DNA of 64,000 nucleotides, from the NCBI GenBank assembly GCA_964016885.1, contig CAXHJY010001606.1, forward strand, positions 17,844 to 81,843, given 5' to 3'. Below are positions 55,058-64,000 of this stretch, one piece after another. The notes beneath the pieces are model-generated. The model was not told where the DNA came from and did no database searches. It saw only the letters and a program-made list of their open reading frames with translations. The translations under genes were made by a program, and so were the position numbers. This stretch comes from Eledone cirrhosa. Its lineage: Eukaryota. The stretch's first letter is position 1. Every line of letters starts with the position of its first letter.

Positions 55058-57333
55058 CATCATCATCATCATCATCATCAACGTTTAACGTCCGTGTTCC
55101 ACGCTTGCATGGGTTTGGACGGGGTAGTCCCACTTGAGGCAAGAGTGATTGTCTTGTTCGCATAGGACTGTCTGGCAGGTTTTCTACAGTTGGATGCCCT
55201 TCCTAACACCAACCACATTTACAGTGTGGGTCTGGAGGTTTTTACCGTGTTGCCTACACGGCCACATTACAGCGTGGACTGTGTGTTTTTTGTCGTGACA
55301 CCTACACGATCTCATTTGTTTCGGCCTCGAAGGCGCGGCACCAACATAACTTTACATAGAACGGGTGGTGTGGATCGGGTGGGGGTGGGGGTGGTGGGAC
55401 GGGGTGTATTTTGTTAGAGATGCCTACTGGCTGGAGTAGGTTTTACTATATATTTAGGTAAGGCGGGTCTTCTCTGTTACTGAGTACCGCCAAAGGTCTC
55501 GGTCCAGTGACATTGTCTTGGAGAGGTGTAAGTGTGTGATGTCGGAGTTTATCAGCTCGTCCCAGGTTTTTCTAGGTCTGCCTATTCGTGACTACCGTCT
55601 ATCTTTATTGCCCTGCACTTTGTTATACAGCTATCGACTTTCATGCGCATCACGTGTCCATACCAACGTAGCCTTCTCTCGAGTAAACAACATCTGATCC
55701 CTCTTATCTCTAATTTTTTCCTTAGTTCGTTTATGCTTTGCCGTTCACGTATATTACTGTTACACATCCAGCGGAGCATGCAAGCTTCGTTCCTCTCTAG
55801 TCTGCGGTATATCCTCTGCACACAATGCCCAGGTCTCACTGCCATGCAGCATTGCTGTTCGTATGCAGGCATCGTACAACCTGCCTTTCATTTTTAGTGA
55901 GAACCCTTTAGCAGCTAATAGTGGTATAAGCTCTCTGAACTTTTTCCAACCAGTTCTGACTCTAGCTACAGTACTTTCAGAGCACCCTCCCCCACTGCTG
56001 ATTTTATCGCCCAGGTAACGGAAGCTGTCCACTATTTCTATAGAACCCTCTGCGCAATTGAAAGAGCTAGTAGTTTGTGGGCACTTGCTGCTACTTATTG
56101 CACCAGAGCACCGGCCACATGTAAAATCTATGTTCTTAGTTAGCTTACCTGTGATCCCACTACATCTTTTATGCACCCATACTTTGCATTTAGGACATAA
56201 AATGGAGTTTCTACCTACGCCTTTCCTACACACCGAGCACGACCATTTCCCAGAAGGGACCGCCGCCTTGTTTCTTTCCTACAAACTAGCACTTTGGTCT
56301 TAGCCAGGTTAATTTAAGTCCTTTTGACTCTAGGCCGTGCTTCCATGTTTGGAATTTCTTCTCTAGCTCGGCCATTGATTCCGCTATGAGTGTCAGGTCG
56401 TCTGCGTATAGGAGTTCCCATGGGCAGCCTGTCTTGAACTCCTCTGTTATAGCCTGAAGGGCAATAATAAATAGTAGTGGACTGAGAACAGAGCCCTGAT
56501 GGACGCCAACTTTTACGCTAAACTCTTCACTATATTCGTTGTTAATTCTAACCTTGCTGACTGTTTCTTTATACATGGCTTGTATAGCCCTCACAAGCCA
56601 TTCGTCAACGCCTAGTTTTCTAAGAGCCCACCAGATAATGGAGCGGGGGACTCTGTCGAAGGCTTTCTCCAAGTCGACAAAAGCTAAGTAGAGGGGTTTA
56701 CCTTTAGCTAGGTACTTCTCCTGTAGTTGTCGTACTATGAAAAGAGCGTCTGTGGTACTTTTGCCTGACACAAACCCGAACTGCATTTCATCTAGGTCAA
56801 TTCTCTCTCTGATTAGTTGCGCTATTACTCTTTCGTGACCTTCATGACCTGGTCGATTAATTTAATGCCTCTATAGTTACTCCTATCTAGGGCGTCTCCT
56901 TTACCCTTATAACAGTTAACGATGATGCTGCTATGCCAGTCCTTCGGAACAACCCCATTCTGTACGACTTGGTTAACTATGCGGGTGACCATGGTGTGTC
57001 CCACCGTGCCAGATGCCTTCAGCATCTCAGCAACTATTTCCGAAGGCCCAGCCGCCTTACCAGTCTTCAATATCCTTGATTGCCTTACTTATTATACTCC
57101 CCTCGACTAACACTGCTGGTCCCTCTATTGGGTCGATATGGGGAGACTGCCTTTCTCCCAATTATTCTCCTCATTTAGAAGCCTTTCATAGTGACACTTC
57201 CAAGCTACCTTCTTATCAGCGTCGGTGATGGCAAGTGTGCCATCGTCGTTTAGTACACACTTCTCCCCGACAATATCACGGTTTTCCTTGACGCATTGCC
57301 TAGCAATCCTGAACACCTCACGTTTTTGGTCAT
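55058..57333 (-). mobile_element. 5'-truncated RTE LINE (family 2), frameshifted
   Basis: KAAGPSEI, NYRGIKL, DLEKAFDRV, YADD, PHD, FRYLG and WYGHVMRM motifs; (gat)n tail. Confidence 0.93.
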
Positions 57334-57373
57334 ATATATATATATATATACTATATAGTATTAATATAGATGA

Positions 57374-57422
57374 GATTCTACAGGGCTAGAACTGTTTCAT
57401 TCATTAGAAATCATCAGGAATC
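57374..57422 (-). ncRNA. Type I hammerhead ribozyme (family C), intact core
   Basis: Minus strand gattc-CTGATGA-tttctaatgaat-GAAA-cag-ttctagcc-ctg-TA-gaatc. Confidence 0.78.
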
Positions 57423-57473
57423 AGATTCCTGCTGATTTCTAATGAATGAAACAGTTCTAGTCCTGTAGAATCT
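57423..57473 (+). ncRNA. Type I hammerhead ribozyme (family C), core variant CUGCUGA
   Basis: agattc-CTGCTGA-tttctaatgaat-GAAA-cag-ttctagtc-ctg-TA-gaatct. Confidence 0.65.
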
Positions 57474-57715
57474 CATCTATATTAAAACTTTTATACTCTG
57501 CTATGTATTGAGTACCCTTACTTACTGTGGTTACCTCCGATTCAACCCGGAATAACGTATATATACTATATATATATATATATTATATATATATATATAG
57601 TATATATATATATATAATATATATATATATATATAGTATATATATATATATAGTATATATATATATATATATAGTATATATATTATATGTATATATAGTA
57701 TATATATTATATATA

Positions 57716-59971
57716 TCATCATCATCATCATCATCATCAACGTTTAACGTCCGTGTTCCACGCTTGCATGGGTTTGGACGGGGTAGTCCCACTTGAGGCA
57801 AGAGTGATTGTCTTGCTCGCATAGGACTGTCTGCAGGTTTTCTACAGTTGGATGCCCTTCCTAACACCAACCACATTTACAGTGTGGGTCTGGGAGGTTT
57901 TACCGTGTTGCCTACACGGCCACATTACAGCGTGGACTGTGTGTTTTTTTGTCGTGACACTACACGATCTCATTTGTTTCGGCTGGATGGCGCGGCACGA
58001 ACATAACTTTACATAGAACGGGGTGGTGTGGATGGGGTGGGGGTGGTGGCGGGACGGGGTGTATTTTGTTAGAGATGCCTACTGGCAAGGCGGGTCTTCT
58101 CTGTTACTGAGTACCGCCAAAGGTCACGGTCCAGTGACATTGTCTTGGAGAGGTGTAAGTGTGTGAGGGTCGGAGTTTATCAGCTCATCCCATGTTTTTC
58201 TAGGTCTGCCTATTCCGTGGCTTACCGTCTATCTTTATTGCCCTGCACTTTGTAATACAGCTATCGACTTTCATGCGCATCACGTGCCCATACCAACGCA
58301 GCCTTCTCTCGAGTAAACATCTGATCCCTCTTATCTCTAATTTTTTTCCTTAGTTCGTTTATGCTTTGCCGTTCACTGTATATTACTGTTACACATCCAG
58401 CGGAGCATGCCAAAAGCTTCGTTCATCTCTAGTCTGCGTATATCCTCTGCACACAATGGCCCAGGTCTCACTACCATGCAACATTGCTGTTCGTATGCAG
58501 GCATCATACAACCTGCCTTTCATTTTTAGGGAGAACCCTTTAGCAGCTAATAGTGGTATAGCTCTCTGAACTTTTTCAACCAGTTCTGACTCTAGCTACA
58601 GTACTTCAGAGCAACCCTCCCCCACTGCTGATTTTATCGCCCAGGTAACGGAAGCTGTCCACTATTTCTATAGAACCCTCTGCGCAATTGAAAGAGCTAG
58701 TATTTTGTGGGCACTTGCCTGCTACTTATTGCACCAGAACACCGGCCACATGTAACGTCTATGTTCTTAGTTAGCTTACCTGTGATCCCACTACATCTTT
58801 TATACACCCATACTTTGCATTTAGGACATAAGATGGAGTTTCTACCTACGCCTTTCCTACATACCGAGCCACGACCATTTCCCAGAAGGGACCGTCCGCC
58901 TTGTTTTCTTTCCTACAAACTAGAACTTTGGTCTTAGCCAGGTTAATTTTAAGGCCTTTTGACTCTAGGCCGTGCTTCATGTTTGGAATTTCTTCTCTAA
59001 GCTTGCCATTGATTCCGCTATGAGTGTCAGGTCGTCTGCGTATAGGAGTTCCCATGGGCAGCCTGTCTTGAACTCCTCTGTTATAGCCTGAAGGGCAATA
59101 ATAAATAGTAGGGGGCTGAGAACAGAGCCCTGATGGACGCCAACTTTTACGCTAAACTCTTCAATATATTCGTTGTTAATTCTAACCTTGCTGACTGTTT
59201 CTTTATACATGGCTTGTATAGCCCTCACAAGCCATTCGTCAACGCCTAGTTTTCTAAGAGCCCACCAGATATGGAGCGGGGGACTCTGTCGAAGGCTTTC
59301 TCCAGGTCGACAAAAGCTAAGTAGAGGGGTTTACCTTTAGCTAGGTACTTCTCCTGTAGTTGTCGTACTATGAAAAGAGCGTCTGTGGTGCTTTTGCCTG
59401 ACACAAACCCGAACTTGCATTTCATCTAGGTCAATTCTCTCTCTGATTAGTTGCGCTATTACTTTTTCAGTGAATATGACCTGGTCGATTAATTTAATGC
59501 CTCTATAGTTACTCCTATCTAGGGCGTCTCCTTTACCCTTATAACAGTTAACGATGATGCTGCTATGCCAGTCCTTCGGAACAACCCCATTCTGTACGAC
59601 TTGGTTAACTATGCGGGTGACCATGGTGTGTCCCACCGTGCCAGATGCCTTCAGCATCTCAGCAACTATTTCCGAAGGCCCAGCCGCCTTACCAGTCTTC
59701 ATATCCTTGATTGCCTTACTTATTATACTCCCCTCGACTAACACTGCTGGTCCCTCTATCGGGTCGATATGGGGGAGACTGTCTTTCTCCCATTTATTCT
59801 CCTCATTAGTAGCCTTTCATAGTGACACTTCCAAGCTACCTTCTTATCAGTGTCGGTGATGGCAAGTATGCCATCATCGTTAAGTACACACTTCTCCCCG
59901 ACAATATCACGGTTTTCCTTGACGCATTGCCTGGCAATCCTGAACACCTCACGTTTTTGGTCATCGCGTTG
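57716..59971 (-). mobile_element. 5'-truncated RTE LINE (family 2), second tandem copy
   Basis: Colinear with 55058-57333 over its whole length. Confidence 0.93.
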
Positions 59972-60238
59972 TATATATAGTATATATATTATATGTATAT
60001 ATAGTATATATATTATATATATATAGTATATAAATTATATGTATATATAGTATATATATTATATATATATAGTATATAAATTATATTTATATATAGTATA
60101 TATATTATATATATATAGTATATAAATTATATGTATATATAGTATATATATATATATATTATATATAATATATATATATTATATATAATATATATATATT
60201 ATATATAATATATATATATATATAATATATATATATAT

Positions 60239-60280
<42 letters not shown>

Positions 60281-60803
60281 TATATATTATATATAATTAT
60301 ATATATATATATAATATATATATATATTATATATAATATATATATATAATATATATATATATTATATATAATATATATATATAATATATATATATATTAT
60401 ATATAATATATATATATTATATATAATATATATATATATATATATACTATATATTTATTATATATATATATATATATTATATATAATATATAAATATATT
60501 ATATATAATATATATATATTATATATAATATATATATATTATATATAATATATATACAATATATATATATTATATATAATATATATATATATAATATATA
60601 TATATTTATATATATATATTATATATAATATATATATATTATATATAATATATATATTATATATAATAAATAAATATTATATATAATATATATATATATT
60701 ATATATAATATATATATATATTATATATAATATATATATATATTATATATTATATATTATATATATATATATATTATATATAATATATATATATATTATA
60801 TAT

Positions 60804-60841
<38 letters not shown>

Positions 60842-61021
60842 TATATTATATATAATATATATATATATATATATAATATATATATATTATATATAATATA
60901 TATATATTATATATAATATATATATATTATAATATAATATATATATATTATATATAATATATATATATTATATATAATATATATATATTATATATAATAT
61001 ATATATATTATATATAATATA
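59972..61021. repeat. ~1-kb AT-only satellite (TATATATTATATATAA variants)
   Basis: Direct reading. Confidence 0.95.
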
Positions 61022-63157
61022 TAACTTTGAATAACTTTGAAATGTTTTGGCCAGTATTGGCCCAGGCCATGTCTAACTTAATATCACACCTGGCGAAGTC
61101 TTTCAATTCAGGATTTGGGCACCATGGCCCATCGAGAAGAGAATTACTGTTTTGCGGAGATATATCCGGGTGTGGGTGGTTTGTCCGGGATTACTTGGAG
61201 GAATTTGTCCAAAGACTTCTTGAATTTTGTGTGGTCAGTTTTTGTTTTGACGTGTCCTGGTGTGATGTTGAAGAGAGCAGGGCCAATTGAGGTGAAATAA
61301 TTGTGCCGTATTGTTGTTATGAGTCGCGATTTAGATTTTTGTTTGGGGACGGATAGCATGGGACAAAGCCTTGGGTGTAATTTGAAGGTGATGCCAACAT
61401 CATTTGGGCAGTGATGATGAAACATTTTCCACATCATGCAGATAATATAACGCTCACCGGCGACGTTGGAGTGAGTAAAGTTTCAGCTTTTCTAGTCGAC
61501 CCTAGTAGTCAAGGTCTGACATGCCATCTATCTTTTTCGTGATTGCCCTTTGGGGAGCTTCAAGTTTCATGATACTTTGTTCCGTGTCGGGAGACCACAG
61601 TGGACAACAGTATTCAAGGTGTGGTCGGGCAAAAGTAGAGAAGAGAAGGATAATGGTGTGGGAATCTCTCGACTGGAAGATTCTGAGGATCCAGGAACAC
61701 ATTCTGCGGGCCATGTCAACTTTGCTGCTTATATGCGTGGCCCAGCTTATGTTGCTGTCCACGGTTACTCCCAAGTCTCTGATGTTGTTAGATGCCACAA
61801 GAGTTTCACCGGAGGGAAAGGAGTACGGGAGTGTCAGAGCATCCTCTTTTCCAAGTGGATCAGTTCGAATTTGTCTTTGTTCAGTAACATGTTGTTCTTT
61901 TCCGCCCATTGGGTAACAGCCAGTAGGTCTGACTGAAGGCTTATCCGGTCATCCATCGATGACCTTTTGGAGCTTGGAATCATCAGCGAAAATTCTAATG
62001 TTGCTGTGTTTGATGATGTTAGTGATGTCATTAATAAGATGATGAAGAGAAGTGGGCCCAACACAGTGCCTTGTGGGACCCCCACTACTGACTTTGGCTG
62101 GGCTGGATTTGACTCCTTCGACTACAACATGTTGGGTTCTGTTTGACAGGAAGCTCTTGATCCACTGCAGCAGCTTTCAGTGACACCAATATTGACAGCT
62201 TTCTCAGTAGAATGTTGTGATCAACCCTGTCAAAGGCCTTGCTGAAATCAAGGTAGATAACATCAGTGTTGGAACCCTCTCCCAAGGCTCTCAAAATGTC
62301 ATCAAAGTGATGCAGTAGCTGCGTCAGGCAATCCCTTCCATTACGGAATCCATGCTGGTTGGAGTTCAGCATATTGTTACTCTCAAGGAAGTGAGTCATT
62401 CGCGATCTCACCACTCTCTCAAATACCTTAATGATATGAGAGGTGAGTGAGATTGGACGGTAATTCACGGCAAGGGATTTGTTTCCTTTTTTGAAAACTG
62501 GGACAACAGACTGGGATAGAAGGTTTCTGGCACATATCCAGCATCCAGTGAGTTCCACCACAGATTGGCAAAGGAGATGCAGTTGGTGTTGACACGCCTT
62601 CAAGACACAAGCAGGGAACCTATGCGGGACCTACTGCTGAATTATGCTTGATTTCCTTTATTGCGCTAGACGTCAGGGGCGCCAAACGTTATGTCAGATA
62701 AGGTGTAATGGGGAGTAACATCGCCGATACAGCCCCAGATCAGCCATATCAGGATTGCTGAAACAGAGCAGTATTGTTTCTGCAGTATCTCACCCATGGT
62801 TTTAGCATTGTCTTGAAGAGTGCCATTTTCATCAATAGAGGGCCAACAGTGGAGCCATTGATTTTGTGTTTTTTTGCAATGAAAAGAACACTTTGGGATT
62901 GAGTTTGACCTTCTCAATGGCCCAGGCCTCTTCAGCTCTCTCTGATTGGTGATGATAGACATCATATTGTTTTGGAGTGATGTTTTTTAATCTCTAGTGA
63001 TGAAATGGCAGTCAAGTTGATGTGTTGCTGCTGACAGTATTTCAGCTTGTTGATTTTTTTTGTTCGTTCTCTTAATTTTTCTGATGAGCGTTTTTCTATT
63101 TCTAGGGATTCTGCGCTTAGATTTGTTTATAGTTTCTTAATGGGGTGTGTTTTGCAC
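61022..63157 (-). mobile_element. 5'-truncated CR1-clade LINE with many frameshifts
   Basis: NYRPISLTS, QHGFR, YLDFSKAFDRV, GVPQGTVLGP, RDLGV, RPHLEYC; 3' tandem (TTCAAAGTTA)x2. Confidence 0.88.
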
Positions 63158-63313
63158 ATATATAATATATATATATATATTATATATAATATATATATAT
63201 ATATTATATATAATATATATATATATATATAATATATATATATATTATATATAATATATATATATTATATATAATATATATATATATATTATATATAATA
63301 TATATATAATATA

Positions 63314-64000
63314 TCATCATCATCATCATCAACGTTTAACGTCCGTGTTCCACGCTTGCATGGGTTTGGACGGGGGTTTTCCCACTTGAGGGCAAGAGTG
63401 ATTATCTTGCTCGCATAGGACTATCTGGCGGGTTTTCTACAGCTGGATGCCCTTCCTAACACCAACCACATTTACAGTGTGGGCTGGGAGGTTTTTACTG
63501 TGTTGCCTACACGGCCACATTACAGCGTGGACTGTCTGGCGGGTTTTCTACAGCTGGATGCCCTTCCTAACACCAACCACATTTACAGTGTGGGGCTGTG
63601 AGGTTTTTACCGTGTTGCCTACACGGCCACATTACAGTGTGGACTGTGTGTTTTTTTTTGTCGTGACACCTACACAATCTCATTTGTTTCGGCCTGGATG
63701 TTGTGGCACCAACATAACTTTACATTGAAAGGATCGGTGTGGATGGGGTGGTGGGATGGGGGTGTATTTTGTTAGAGATGCCTACTGACTGTAGTAGGTT
63801 TTACTTTGTATTTAGGTAAGGTGGGTCTTCTCTATTACTGAGTACCGCCAAAGGTCTCGGTCCAGTGACATTGTCTTGGAGAGGTGTAAGTGTGTGAGGT
63901 CGGAATTTATCAGCTCATCCAGGTTTTTCTGGGTCTGCCTATTCCGTGGCTACCGTCTATCTTTATTGCCCTGTACTTTGTTATACAGCTATCGTCTTTC
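63314..64000 (-). mobile_element. RTE family 2 3' end (runs off the window)
   Basis: Same tail and ORF end as the 55058 copy; internal ~110-bp duplication at 63420-63645. Confidence 0.9.

Larger units (their letters stand above)
57361..57557. mobile_element. Palindromic HHR element (family C)
   Basis: 62-bp arms 57361-57422 / 57424-57485 with a 1-nt loop and 2 mismatches; conserved tail. Confidence 0.88.

Noticed and set aside
61022-63157. Programmed frameshifting in the CR1 and RTE ORFs
   Set aside because: Numerous scattered 1-bp indels are better explained by decay or long-read consensus errors

Overview
AT-rich eukaryotic genomic DNA with no recognisable host exon, so probably intronic or intergenic. 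The SINE/RTE repertoire and dense (TA)n/(CA)n microsatellites suggest an octopus or other coleoid cephalopod (inference). Contents: (1) an L1/Tx1-clade LINE with an uninterrupted EN-RT-CCHC ORF2 and a 21-bp TSD (18847-22605), plus a truncated sister copy (6161-8338, minus); (2) many 5'-truncated RTE LINEs, two families of which carry a C4HC3 PHD-type finger inside the RT; (3) a CR1-like LINE, a CRE-like remnant, a full-length but dead DD37D (maT) mariner, piggyBac-type TTAA MITEs and two tRNA-derived SINE families; (4) a 5-kb (TA)nG satellite. The most notable unexplained signal is a set of short non-coding units in TA microsatellites that fold into type I hammerhead ribozymes (HHRs). There are at least 5-6 sequence families, with covarying stems, palindromic stem III and an unusual U-U closed stem II. 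Several are arranged as fold-backs centred on the ribozyme, which resembles Penelope pLTRs or retrozymes, although no Penelope ORF is present. Most short ORFs in the track are microsatellite or antisense artefacts.
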